Of a stretch of 32,000 nucleotides of DNA, positions 1 through 9,747 are shown piece by piece; within the stretch, counting starts at the first letter, position 1, and each line of letters begins with the position of its first letter. The translations under genes were made by a program, and so were the position numbers. The DNA comes from Cuniculiplasma divulgatum (GTDB taxonomy: Archaea; Thermoplasmatota; Thermoplasmata; Thermoplasmatales; Thermoplasmataceae). The DNA lies in the NCBI RefSeq assembly GCF_900083515.1, contig NZ_LT671858.1, forward strand, positions 1,410,001 to 1,442,000, in the 5' to 3' direction. The notes beneath the pieces are model-generated. The model did no database searches, was not told where the DNA came from, and saw nothing but the letters and a program-made list of their open reading frames with translations.

Positions 1-48
1 CATTTCTAGGCTAGAATTTATTATCTCCACGGATATTTAGACAAACCT

Positions 49-56
49 TTTATATA
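49..56 (+). promoter_or_regulatory. Archaeal TATA-box-like element (TTTATATA) upstream of pdxS
   Basis: TTTATATA is centred about 30 nt upstream of the ATG at 83. This fits an archaeal promoter giving a leaderless or very short-leader transcript. Confidence 0.35.
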
Positions 57-82
57 TTTTTTAAATGGAGCTATGATAAAAG

Positions 83-1093
83 ATGGCACTCAATATTCAA
101 GACTTAAGGTTCGGTGAAGAACTCCTTAAAACCGGATTCGCAAAAATGACTAAGGGAGGAGTGATCATGGATGTTACTAACGCCGAACAGGCCAGAATTG
201 CTGAAACTGCCGGAGCAGTTGCGGTTATGGCTCTGGAAAAAGTACCTGCTGATATAAGGGCAGAGGGTGGAGTAGCAAGGATGGCAGATCCAGCAAAGAT
301 AAGAGAAATAATTGATGCAGTTTCAATTCCAGTTATGGCAAAAGTAAGAATAGGGCATATAACAGAAGCACTGACCCTTGAAGCCCTTGGGGCAGATATG
401 CTTGATGAAAGTGAAGTCTTAACTCCATCTGATCCATTCTTTCACCTGAATAAAAAGCAACTTAAGATCCCAACAGTCTGCGGTGCCAGAAACATTTCTG
501 AGGCAATAAGGAGAATATTTGAAGGTGCGGCAATGGTGAGAACTAAAGGAGAAGCCGGTACAGGGAATGTAGTGGAAGCTGTAAGACATATTAGGATGGT
601 AAATGAAGGGGTTTCTCTAATTAAGGGAATGAACAACAATGATATGATAAAGGTAGCTGAAACAGCTGCAGATAGCTACCTGAGATTGAGGAAAGATGTT
701 ATGCCAAACCTGTTCCTAAAAGAGACAAAGATTGATACAGAAGACATATTTTACGGTATGAGCATGAAACAAATTCAGGAAGAAATCCTTGGTGTTGTGA
801 AAGATATCAAGAAGCTTGGTAGGTTACCTGTCGTAAATTTTGCAGCTGGAGGTGTTGCCACACCAGCGGATGGGGCACTTATGATGAAACTAGGGGTGGA
901 TGGAGTGTTTGTTGGTAGTGGTATATTCAAATCTCCTGATCCAATAAGAATGGCCAGGGCTATCGTTGAAGCGGTTGAGAACTATGATGATTACAGGATG
1001 ATAAGTAATGTTTCAACTGGTTTATCCTCTATGGAAGGAAAAGACATAAATGATATTCCTAAGGAACAGAGGTTGGCTGAAAGGGGAATCTAG
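83..1093 (+). CDS. pdxS: Pyridoxal 5'-phosphate synthase, lyase subunit PdxS
   Basis: 336 aa. It carries the hallmark N-terminal string [46 protein letters not shown], and its length is typical of PdxS/SNZ. Confidence 0.95.
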   Translation: MALNIQDLRFGEELLKTGFAKMTKGGVIMDVTNAEQARIAETAGAVAVMALEKVPADIRAEGGVARMADPAKIREIIDAVSIPVMAKVRIGHITEALTLEALGADMLDESEVLTPSDPFFHLNKKQLKIPTVCGARNISEAIRRIFEGAAMVRTKGEAGTGNVVEAVRHIRMVNEGVSLIKGMNNNDMIKVAETAADSYLRLRKDVMPNLFLKETKIDTEDIFYGMSMKQIQEEILGVVKDIKKLGRLPVVNFAAGGVATPADGALMMKLGVDGVFVGSGIFKSPDPIRMARAIVEAVENYDDYRMISNVSTGLSSMEGKDINDIPKEQRLAERGI

Positions 1094-1096
1094 TTA

Positions 1097-1822
1097 ATGC
1101 TAGAAGCCTTTAATTTTTACTATGTTCTAGAAGTATTAATCGTACTGGTTATTTTATTTTTTCTTTCACAGATTTTCAAACTATTTGATGTCAAAGGAGC
1201 CATAGGGGCAGTCATTATTGGAGCAATTGTTTCCTTTGCAGGAAACCTGAACTGGCTGATTCTATTAATCCTGTTTGCATTCTTTTCTCATTTGGCCACT
1301 AAATATAAATTTGAAGAAAAAATGAAGTTGAAACAGCAGGAGGGTACTCGCGGTGAGAGAAAAATTTCCAATGTTGCCTATGGAGGGGCAATCGGAGTGA
1401 TGATTGCTCTCTCAAACCTCTTTATACCGTTTAATTTTCCATTTTTTATAATGTTTGCCGCAGCATTTGCTGCCATTACATCCGATACATTTGGATCAGA
1501 AATTGGGGTTCTTGATGATAGAACATATTTAATAACAACATTCAGGAGATGTGAGACTGGAATAAATGGTGGCATTTCTATTATAGGAACTTTTGCAGCC
1601 TTTCTGGGTTCATTTTTAATTGCCCTATCCTACGTAATTCTAACCCGAAGTCTGAACTGGGAGGAGCCATTTTTCCTTATACTTGTTGCAGGATTTCTTG
1701 GAAGCAATATAGATTCACTTCTGGGAGCAATATTTGAAAATAAAAATAAGATGTCCAAGGGTCAGGTTAATCTGGTAGCTTCCATAGTGGCTGTTCTCTT
1801 TGTAGTACCGTTTCTACTGTGA
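1097..1822 (+). CDS. DUF92/TMEM19-family integral membrane protein (VTE6-like polyprenyl-phosphate kinase superfamily)
   Basis: 241 aa with multiple hydrophobic helices. The motif ITSDTFGSEIGVL resembles the DT.aSE.G signature of DUF92. It starts 3 nt after the pdxS stop. Confidence 0.55.
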   Translation: MLEAFNFYYVLEVLIVLVILFFLSQIFKLFDVKGAIGAVIIGAIVSFAGNLNWLILLILFAFFSHLATKYKFEEKMKLKQQEGTRGERKISNVAYGGAIGVMIALSNLFIPFNFPFFIMFAAAFAAITSDTFGSEIGVLDDRTYLITTFRRCETGINGGISIIGTFAAFLGSFLIALSYVILTRSLNWEEPFFLILVAGFLGSNIDSLLGAIFENKNKMSKGQVNLVASIVAVLFVVPFLL

Positions 1823-1866
1823 ATTAATAGTAAAAAATTTGCTGATTTCTAGAATATCTAAATTTA

Positions 1867-2544
1867 CTAAGCATTTTCATTTTGACTGTTGTTTTTCATA
1901 AAATAGTTAGTAAGATATATGGATCTCTCTTTTGAAAGTATCCCATTTACATCACCCAATCTCTCTCTCCTTGCAATAGACATGTATTCCTTAATATTTG
2001 AAAGAATGAAGTCGTTCGCCTTATCAAGAAATATCTCTTCAGGAAAAATTACATCACAATTTTTTCCTTCCCTTGAGGCACCATTAACAAATACAGGATA
2101 CTTCATAACAGTATGGCTTAGACCCATTACAGGTATGTAACTCTCAGATATTTCAAACTTTGCACCATCGCGGGCAATACAAACATCAGATAATAAAGTA
2201 AGTTCAACGCCCAGATCTATACAGGTACCATTTACAAGTGTGAATACAGGTTTATTTATCATTGCGATAAATGAAGCTACTGTGCTTACCATATCCAGAT
2301 ACTTTACTGATTGATTTGATTCAAATTTTCTTAATCCCGTTAGGAAATTATCATTGGAGCCTGTTATTGCAACAGCCTTTACCTTATCGTCTGTAATTGC
2401 GAGAGATATCGCCTTTAGAAATTCTTCAAAAAATAACAGGGAAACTCTCCCCTGGTCGTCTGATAGGATAGTGATCACACCTATCCCATCTTCCTGCCAG
2501 AAGCTTATTTCCTTGAATCCGGCTACTCTGGGTGCGTTACTCAT
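1867..2544 (-). CDS. Divergent crotonase-fold (enoyl-CoA hydratase/isomerase-like) protein
   Basis: 225 aa. The pattern GIGVITILS...FEEFLKAISLAITDDKVKAVAITGSNDNFLTGL...INKPVFTLVNGTCIDLGVELTLLSDVCIA follows the crotonase layout, but the oxyanion-hole region is degenerate. Its start overlaps the cytochrome b stop (ATGAGTAA). Confidence 0.5.
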   Translation of the reverse strand: MSNAPRVAGFKEISFWQEDGIGVITILSDDQGRVSLLFFEEFLKAISLAITDDKVKAVAITGSNDNFLTGLRKFESNQSVKYLDMVSTVASFIAMINKPVFTLVNGTCIDLGVELTLLSDVCIARDGAKFEISESYIPVMGLSHTVMKYPVFVNGASREGKNCDVIFPEEIFLDKANDFILSNIKEYMSIARRERLGDVNGILSKERSIYLTNYFMKNNSQNENA

Positions 2545-4216
2545 TATAGTATGCCAACCTGTAAAGCCTTATGCCTATTCCTACTATGAACAGCAGTCCA
2601 CCTAGTCCCATACCGAATCCAGCTTCCTGAACAAGGTTCGTTGGATCGACCTGAATCATCAGCCACAGTATCTCAGCTGCAATAATAAATAGAATTGCAA
2701 CAAGTACGTTTACTGTTTTCTGACTTATCTGAATACCTTTTACTGGCTTTGGCTGTTCCATTGAAAGGTGAGCGAAGTTTGATGATTTCATAGTTCCAAA
2801 TGCTGCAAATGCAGTAGCGGCTCCATATGCACCAACATTTAAAGTGTTTGAAAGAGTAACTCCGTGCATCATGTTGCCCAGTTCAAGTGAAAGCTCAAAT
2901 ATGCCCAGAGACAATAGAATTACGAATATGATGAAGGAACCAGTTAGCTTGGCTAAGGATGGTTTGAAGGCTCCCTTCTTATATAGGTGACCAAACGCGA
3001 GGAAAAATCCCATTACTATAATGAACGGTGGCAGTAAGACTAACGCCACTATATCATTGCTTATTGGGATGCCTGGAGCCAGTACTCCCCAGAGAGAGAG
3101 GATGATCAGATATATGATTGCAAGAACCCCAAATGCTGTAAATACAGGCCTTGATAGTGGATGCAAATTATTAGAACGGTCTAAAAATGGTACTATAAGG
3201 AAATAAATTAATGGAATTCCACCAAAGACTGCTGAAGCCATCAGAGGTGAGTACGCACCGAATAGATTGAAGAACTTAAAATCTATTGCTTTATATACGA
3301 ACAATAGGAACCATGGTGGATATGGCGGAACATAAGGTGCTAGAGGCGAAGTAGAGGCTACCTGGGGGAAAGGATCGAACAGAGCAGGAACTCCCATGTG
3401 TATTGCCCTTAAAGCATCAATTGCTGATGGTAGAAATAGTAGAATTCCAAATGTAAATGCCCCCAGTTGCATCATGAACATAAGATTATAAGGGTACCAT
3501 TTTTTATACTCTGGTTTATCCTTATCCACCGCGGGAGCCTTATAATTTGCGAGTCTCTGAGATGGCATCATTCCGTTTGCCTCAGCCAAATAGAAATGGA
3601 AACCAAATAGAGCACCAATTAGTGCTGCAAGGATTATATGCAATCCAAGCATTCTAATAAACAGAGAAGTGTTAGTTCCATTTCCAAATACTATTTCTTC
3701 AGATATTTTTCCCAAAACTGGTACTGAGAGTGCTATTCCCCTACCAACGTCAGTTGCATCAGCTGATAATACATCTCCTGTCATTGAATAACCAAAATAT
3801 CCCACTCCAATTGTTAAAGCAAGTAATATAACTCCTGTTACCCACTGAAGTTCTCTCGGTCTCTTGTATGCACCGTTAAAGTAATTCCTGAACATGTGTA
3901 GATATACAAGAACTACCATAGCATATGCGCCGTAAAGATGCGTTGTTAAGAAAAGTTCACCATAAGGAACATCTCTCAAAACATATTCCGTACATGCATA
4001 AGCGTTAGCAGGATTATAATACAACAGCAAAATAAGCCCAGTTACTACCTGATAAATGAATGCCATAGATATTAGAGCACCAGTCCAGTACCAAAACCCG
4101 CCTTTTTTTCGCATGTAATCAGGTACTGTTGCAAGCGGAAGTTCTTCAATTTTTAATGGGTCTTCTCCCAGTACATTCTTTATACTAAAATTCTTTCTTA
4201 TATCATTCATACTCAT
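2537..4216 (-). CDS. Cytochrome b (long form with a multi-helix C-terminal extension) of a Rieske/cyt b complex
   Basis: 559 aa polytopic protein with two H-x13-H bis-heme ligand pairs (HLYGAYAMVVLVYLH and HIILAALIGALFGFH). It lies 10 nt downstream of the Rieske gene, and the spacer contains AGGTGA (SD-like). Confidence 0.85.
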   Translation of the reverse strand: MSMNDIRKNFSIKNVLGEDPLKIEELPLATVPDYMRKKGGFWYWTGALISMAFIYQVVTGLILLLYYNPANAYACTEYVLRDVPYGELFLTTHLYGAYAMVVLVYLHMFRNYFNGAYKRPRELQWVTGVILLALTIGVGYFGYSMTGDVLSADATDVGRGIALSVPVLGKISEEIVFGNGTNTSLFIRMLGLHIILAALIGALFGFHFYLAEANGMMPSQRLANYKAPAVDKDKPEYKKWYPYNLMFMMQLGAFTFGILLFLPSAIDALRAIHMGVPALFDPFPQVASTSPLAPYVPPYPPWFLLFVYKAIDFKFFNLFGAYSPLMASAVFGGIPLIYFLIVPFLDRSNNLHPLSRPVFTAFGVLAIIYLIILSLWGVLAPGIPISNDIVALVLLPPFIIVMGFFLAFGHLYKKGAFKPSLAKLTGSFIIFVILLSLGIFELSLELGNMMHGVTLSNTLNVGAYGAATAFAAFGTMKSSNFAHLSMEQPKPVKGIQISQKTVNVLVAILFIIAAEILWLMIQVDPTNLVQEAGFGMGLGGLLFIVGIGIRLYRLAYYNE

Positions 4217-4226
4217 TGATTCACCT

Positions 4227-4982
4227 TTAGCTAGATGCGAGTTTGTTTACAGTTGTCTTACTTAAATTGCTTATTGCATGTCCTCCTGTGAGATCCGACG
4301 GATGCCCGAAAACTACTGGTCCAGTTAATTTTTTAGCGTATAGAGTGTCAGTGAGATCGTCGTACTTCAAAGTCACAAAGGGTAGTGGCCTTTGAGTTGG
4401 ATGTGTTATTATTCCAGCTCCACGGAATGGATCGTATGTACTTCCGTGACAGTTACAATGAATAACACCATAAGTTGGTTTTGTTACATTATAGGTCTTT
4501 AATGAACTAATAACATTTGCTGGTAAAGTCCCTTCCTGTCCAGGTGGATAATAATGTATAATTGGCGGTATACATCCCAAATGCTGACAAATTGCACTGT
4601 ATGAAACAATAGAATTGTCTGGTCCTACACCTCCTGTGAATGTATAAACTTCGCCTGTAGCATCTATGGTAACAGATGTAGGTGGAACCTCTCTATCAAA
4701 ACGGATCACAAAATTAGGCTCATCCGATAGTGGATAATAATAAATCCAAACGCTAGGTGATTCTACCTCAAATTGACTTGCTTTAAGTGGGACTGGTGCA
4801 CTGTTCGGTGTACTCGGATCGTTCCAGTATAGCAACGTTTCTGGAAAATTAGTCAAACCTACGGCAGGTGTAATCAGGTTTTGAACCACTCCTTTGCCAA
4901 GTCCTCCTACTGCAGCAACGGCAGAAAGACCAACCATGGCTTTAAGAAATCCCCTTCGTGATGGATCAACTTCTCCTGTCAT
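4227..4982 (-). CDS. Rieske [2Fe-2S] iron-sulfur protein with Tat signal
   Basis: Twin-arginine motif SRRGFLKAMVG at the N-terminus. Rieske box I is CQHLGC and box II is CNCHGS. Confidence 0.9.
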   Translation of the reverse strand: MTGEVDPSRRGFLKAMVGLSAVAAVGGLGKGVVQNLITPAVGLTNFPETLLYWNDPSTPNSAPVPLKASQFEVESPSVWIYYYPLSDEPNFVIRFDREVPPTSVTIDATGEVYTFTGGVGPDNSIVSYSAICQHLGCIPPIIHYYPPGQEGTLPANVISSLKTYNVTKPTYGVIHCNCHGSTYDPFRGAGIITHPTQRPLPFVTLKYDDLTDTLYAKKLTGPVVFGHPSDLTGGHAISNLSKTTVNKLASS

Positions 4983-5134
4983 GAGTGGTTATTGAATTAA
5001 TGGTTAAAATGGTTTTCCCTCGTGTTATAAGTAGTATTTATATTGAAATGGGGTTTACAAAACTCTTGAATTTAAAACAAATAGACCAAATAATATTTTA
5101 AAAAAAGTATTATAGCTTATCACAATTTGACGCA

Positions 5135-5458
5135 ATGGATTTTGATGAGTACGCGAAAATGCAGAAAAGGACATCACCCAACGGAACAAATATAGTGATG
5201 GTCGCTCTGGGTCTCACAGGCGAATCTGGAGAATTTGCTGACCTGGTTAAAAAACACATGTTTCAGGGACATGAACTTGATAAGGATAAAATGATCGAGG
5301 AGCTAGGAGATGTTTTATGGTATATTTTTGAGGGTGCAAGGGTATTAGGTATAGACGCCTCTGAGATAGCAGAGAGAAATGTAATAAAACTAAGTAAACG
5401 TTATCCAGATGGATTTGACCCAGAAAGAAGTAAAAATAGAAACGATGATGGCAATTAA
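5135..5458 (+). CDS. MazG-like nucleoside triphosphate pyrophosphohydrolase (small all-alpha NTP-PPase)
   Basis: 107 aa. GLTGESGEFADLVKKHMF...EELGDVLWYI matches the E-x-x-E...E-x-x-D metal-binding helices of the MazG family. Confidence 0.85.
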   Translation: MDFDEYAKMQKRTSPNGTNIVMVALGLTGESGEFADLVKKHMFQGHELDKDKMIEELGDVLWYIFEGARVLGIDASEIAERNVIKLSKRYPDGFDPERSKNRNDDGN

Positions 5459-5521
5459 ATAATTGCTTAATTTACTACTTAATTACACTTTTATATAAGT
5501 TGATAATTCCAATTATTAAAA

Positions 5522-7105
5522 ATGAAGATTACTGCTGATATTCTAAAATCAATTAGGTCAAAATTAACAGTTAAGTCTATTATTATTTTATCAGTTATTA
5601 GCATTCTAATATTTCCAGCCATTCTTATAGAGAACGCATCAATTCCAACAAGCGACAGCCACCTTTACTTTCTCAGCAATGGATATGATATTCATACAGT
5701 GAGTGTTAATCATAACTCAAAAAATGCTAGCAATATTGGTGCAATGTATCAGAGTACTTACTCTCTAATAAACAATAAGCTTGAACCCGTTTCTAATACA
5801 AGTGTAAGATTAAATGTTTCTGTAGTAGACTCAAATTTATTGGATCATTTTTTCCTTCAACTTAATATATATTTTAATGTAATTACCAAAAAGAACGGAA
5901 GTTTTACATTAAATAATACTGATTTATTATTCCTACTACCAGTTGATTATAATAGAACTCAGAATTCTATTAGAAGCTATCACATAGAAAATTACACAGT
6001 ACTGGAGGGTGAAAACAGATTAGTTACCAACCAAAAGGATGATAAATTTGGATTTAATAGTTTTGATGTAGTTGTTAATAATAGAACAGGAGAGCGTGGA
6101 GTTATAAATATGGCTTTTTTGCCCTTTTATAATTTGGGCTATTATGGCATCGCTCCCATCTTCCTCATGAGTGGAAACTCAAGTGGAAGCTATAATCTTT
6201 CATATCATCTCTATAATCCTCAAGATCAAAATTCTGTTGGTCCACTCGTTTATTTGGGTAACTATTCATTTAATAAGATTTACACAATAAATTCAAATGA
6301 GGGCAGAATTCTTTCCATGAATGAAGCGTTTAACGTAACTTTTTTTGTAAATGGAATTGCTCTTGGTACCGTTTACCATAATACCGTTTTGCCAATTTCT
6401 ATTACCTCTGGTATTTCTATTTTAGGATTACTAGGAAATACTGGCGCAGAAATTATGTTACTTGTCACTGTTTTTATGGTATTAACATTGTTTGTGCCCA
6501 TGTTTAATCTTCCTGTTTACATGTATTATCTATCATTGCCAAGAAAGAGATGGTATACAATAACAAATGAATTTATCTCTTCTATCTTGACCATGTCCAT
6601 CTTTGAGGGTTTTGCTTTTACTGCCACATACCTGATTTCAGAATTAATGTTACACTATTCACTATCTATTCTTGCATTTATTTATATTTACCTTTTCAGT
6701 GTGGCTGCATTTACTGTTTTTTCCTCTCTATATCTTCTGATTGGCGTTTTTTTCATTGGTAAAACAATGCCCCGCATTTCATTAACAATATTTTTGATTT
6801 TAGGATATCCTTTAATAGATTCCTTATCACAATCCATACTCGAAATTCAGGCAATTTTCTCAGATAATGTCCTATTCAAACCTCTGCTTGATAACATAAG
6901 GACATATAACCTAATAAGTGGCATATTACCCGTTCTAAATGTAGAGGAACTCAACAGTTATTTTCTGAGAAGTCCGGTTAGCGGAGTTATAATGCTAAAC
7001 CATCTTTCAATATTCGATCTTTCCCCTTTAATATTCCTCTCTTCTATTATAGGTATTTCTTTGACTCTGTTCTACCTTTCAATAAAAAGATATTACAAAT
7101 ATTGA
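5522..7105 (+). CDS. Hypothetical polytopic membrane protein with a large sequon-rich extracellular domain
   Basis: 527 aa. It has an N-terminal TM helix, then a ~270 aa hydrophilic domain with at least 12 N-x-S/T sequons, then about 6 C-terminal TM helices. The topology resembles ABC-2-type permeases, but there is no adjacent ATPase. Confidence 0.5.
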   Translation: MKITADILKSIRSKLTVKSIIILSVISILIFPAILIENASIPTSDSHLYFLSNGYDIHTVSVNHNSKNASNIGAMYQSTYSLINNKLEPVSNTSVRLNVSVVDSNLLDHFFLQLNIYFNVITKKNGSFTLNNTDLLFLLPVDYNRTQNSIRSYHIENYTVLEGENRLVTNQKDDKFGFNSFDVVVNNRTGERGVINMAFLPFYNLGYYGIAPIFLMSGNSSGSYNLSYHLYNPQDQNSVGPLVYLGNYSFNKIYTINSNEGRILSMNEAFNVTFFVNGIALGTVYHNTVLPISITSGISILGLLGNTGAEIMLLVTVFMVLTLFVPMFNLPVYMYYLSLPRKRWYTITNEFISSILTMSIFEGFAFTATYLISELMLHYSLSILAFIYIYLFSVAAFTVFSSLYLLIGVFFIGKTMPRISLTIFLILGYPLIDSLSQSILEIQAIFSDNVLFKPLLDNIRTYNLISGILPVLNVEELNSYFLRSPVSGVIMLNHLSIFDLSPLIFLSSIIGISLTLFYLSIKRYYKY

Positions 7106-7177
7106 AATGAAACGGAATTTCTTTACGGGAAGTAATGGCTAACTGTCCTTTTATAGAGCGATTGAGAATAAGTGTGA

Positions 7178-7528
7178 TTATAGAGTTAGAACCATATATC
7201 CAATCAAAAGCACCGCGATTAAGAGAATAAGAATTCCAGAAGTGATTATTGCAGTTGATGATGGCTCAAAATCTCCTGATTCTATACTTTTTTTGTTCTT
7301 TATGAAACTCCTTAGAGCCATTACCTGCATAAAACCGCCAGATATGACAAGAATTATACCAATAGATGCAGAAAATGGGGCTGAAACATTCGATGAATTT
7401 GGAACCAGCTCCTTAATAATTATACCAAACTTCGCTACCACGAAGCCCAGTGCCATAACTGCTATTCCAGTTCTTACCCATGCTAAATATGTTCTTTCAT
7501 TCGCCATATGATCTGTTACTGTGGACAT
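7178..7528 (-). CDS. DUF202 (YidH-like) small membrane protein
   Basis: 116 aa. The N-terminal NERTYLAWVRTGIAV signature is followed by three hydrophobic helices. Confidence 0.8.
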   Translation of the reverse strand: MSTVTDHMANERTYLAWVRTGIAVMALGFVVAKFGIIIKELVPNSSNVSAPFSASIGIILVISGGFMQVMALRSFIKNKKSIESGDFEPSSTAIITSGILILLIAVLLIGYMVLTL

Positions 7529-7569
7529 GTTATATTTCTGATTGTTCTTCGTAAATTAATATGCTTTTA

Positions 7570-7586
7570 ACCTATTTAAAATAGGT
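7570..7586. promoter_or_regulatory. Perfect 17-nt palindrome ACCTATTTAAAATAGGT in a divergent intergenic region
   Basis: 8-bp arms around a central A. It contains a TTTAAAATA TATA-like core and sits between the divergent DUF202 (-) and aminotransferase (+) genes. Confidence 0.3.
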
Positions 7587-7737
7587 ATTTTTCAAAACCA
7601 GATGTTTGCTAATTTGTGCTACCTTATAGAGTGTTGTAGAGAGTATTACACTAAAAGCTTTGATTCTCCAGGTTTCATTTATAGAATTGAACTTTTAACT
7701 TGATGGTATACCATTCCTCAACAATACGGTTATAATA

Positions 7738-8901
7738 ATGGTTATTTTATCTAGCCATGTGAAAAATGAAGTGTTAGAGTGGAGAAGGTCGTTCGTAAAT
7801 ATAAATGACTCTATAAATCTGGCTGCATGCAGTCAGGGTGCCCTTCTTAAATCAGTAAAAAAAGCATTCAGTAAATATCAAGCAGATCAGATTGAATTTG
7901 GGAATCCGTGGGACATATGGCAACAGAAAGTTGAAGAATTAAGATCTTTAATCGGAAAACTAATTAATGCATCAAAAAATGAAATTGCAATTTTACCATC
8001 TGTGTCGGCCTCATTTTCTTCTCTTCTTAGTTCCATAGATTTTTGTAAAAATGACCAGATAATTACTACTGACCTTGAGTATCCAACTACCAACTTTATC
8101 TCTCTAGCCCAAAAGTATAGAGGTGTTGAAACTGTAACGGTTAGAAACAAAAACGGGATTGTTTCTTCCAGTGATTATGAAAGTAACATCACTGATAAAA
8201 CTCGCCTGGGCACTGTTATTCACGTTTCATCTCGCAATGGGACAAAATTCGATCTAAAAGAATTTACTGATATACTTCATCAACATGGATCATATGCCTA
8301 TGTTGATGCCTATCAATCTCTAGGAGTTCTGCCTGTTAACGTTAAGAATTTGAATATTGACTTTCTTTCTTCGGGAACATTAAAATGGCTTCTAGGGGCT
8401 TCAGGAACAGCATTTCTATATGCAAGAGAAGAGGTTGCAGAAAAACTTCACCCTACTGATATAGGATGGTTTTCACAACAAGATCCTTTTCAATTTGGAA
8501 CTGAAAAACTTCAATATGCAGATGGAGCTCTCAGATTTCAATCCGGAACCTGGTCTGTTCCTTCAATATACGCATCAATTGAGGGGATTAAAAAAATACT
8601 TGAAATAGGTCAAAATAAAATCACCAGAAGAATTGAGACTCTTACATCAATAGTATTTGATGAATTAACAAAGAATGGATTCACTGTTAATACACCAGAA
8701 TCTCCTGAGAATAGAGGTGGGATTATTGCCTTTGAGGTTTCAAATCCTATGAAAATTGAGAAACTTTTGAGAGATAAATATAAAATATTCACTTCTGCAA
8801 GAGGTATAAATTTACGAATCTCACCACATTTCTATAACACTGAGGAAGAAGTGCTTAAGACCATGGATGCTCTGGTTGAAATTAGAAATAAATCTCTATG
8901 A
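7738..8901 (+). CDS. Class V PLP-dependent aminotransferase / cysteine desulfurase-like enzyme
   Basis: 387 aa. The layout is class V, with HVSSRNGT, DAYQSLG and a candidate PLP-lysine segment SSGTLKWLLGASGTAFLY. Confidence 0.7.
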   Translation: MVILSSHVKNEVLEWRRSFVNINDSINLAACSQGALLKSVKKAFSKYQADQIEFGNPWDIWQQKVEELRSLIGKLINASKNEIAILPSVSASFSSLLSSIDFCKNDQIITTDLEYPTTNFISLAQKYRGVETVTVRNKNGIVSSSDYESNITDKTRLGTVIHVSSRNGTKFDLKEFTDILHQHGSYAYVDAYQSLGVLPVNVKNLNIDFLSSGTLKWLLGASGTAFLYAREEVAEKLHPTDIGWFSQQDPFQFGTEKLQYADGALRFQSGTWSVPSIYASIEGIKKILEIGQNKITRRIETLTSIVFDELTKNGFTVNTPESPENRGGIIAFEVSNPMKIEKLLRDKYKIFTSARGINLRISPHFYNTEEEVLKTMDALVEIRNKSL

Positions 8902-8967
8902 AATTACGCTTAATATTATAATTATTGTTTAATAATCTTTATAAATAGTGTATAATAGGGATGATTA

Positions 8968-9747
8968 ATGAATCTTATTCCCATCCGCGATTATGTTAAC
9001 GGTTGTTCATCTTATATAATAGGTGATGAAATCTCGGGTAAAGCTATGGTTATAGATCCTTTACGGTCTATTGGCCATAAGAATTATGTAATATCAGCTG
9101 CAAAAGAAAGGTTATATATTGAAGTGGTTGTTGATACTCATGTTCATGCAGATCATTATTCTGCAGCAAGAGAACTGGCAGAGGAAATAGGAATTCATGT
9201 ATCTATGAGTGAAAATGCACCCAATGATTTCCAATTTAACAAACTATGGGATGGACAGGTTATCTCACTTGGAAACCTGGAGATTGTGGTAATGCATGCT
9301 CTGGGGCATACACCTGATAATCTTGCCCTGAAGATTATTGATCGGTCTCGATCCAGCGAAGTTGTATCTGTTTTTACTGGAGATTCACTGTTTGTTGGGG
9401 ATGTGGGCAGACCTGATCTTGTATATGAAAGCGAGGAGATGATAAAAAATGCCATAAATGATCAGTATAATACCATATTTAAGAAATTACTAGTTCTACC
9501 TGACTATGTGGAAATATTCCCAGCTCACTCAGGTTCCTCTTCATGTGGCGGTCTATTCTTAAGCCCAAAGTTCAATTCAACAATTGGATATGAAAGGAGA
9601 TTTAACCAGTTTTTAAGAGTTAAGTCATTTGAAGAATTTTCTGATATGGTTATAAAAACACTGAAACCTCCTCCAGTCAATGCAAAGAGTATTAGAGAAT
9701 GGAATCTGGGAAGAAGCATAGAACTCTATAGAGGTAATTCACAATGA
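8968..9747 (+). CDS. MBL-fold metallohydrolase, persulfide dioxygenase (ETHE1/Blh)-like
   Basis: 259 aa with the motifs THVHADH, HALGHTPD, GDSLFVGDVGRPDL and FPAHSG. A TATA-like TTTATAAATA lies about 25 nt upstream of the ATG. Confidence 0.8.
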   Translation: MNLIPIRDYVNGCSSYIIGDEISGKAMVIDPLRSIGHKNYVISAAKERLYIEVVVDTHVHADHYSAARELAEEIGIHVSMSENAPNDFQFNKLWDGQVISLGNLEIVVMHALGHTPDNLALKIIDRSRSSEVVSVFTGDSLFVGDVGRPDLVYESEEMIKNAINDQYNTIFKKLLVLPDYVEIFPAHSGSSSCGGLFLSPKFNSTIGYERRFNQFLRVKSFEEFSDMVIKTLKPPPVNAKSIREWNLGRSIELYRGNSQ

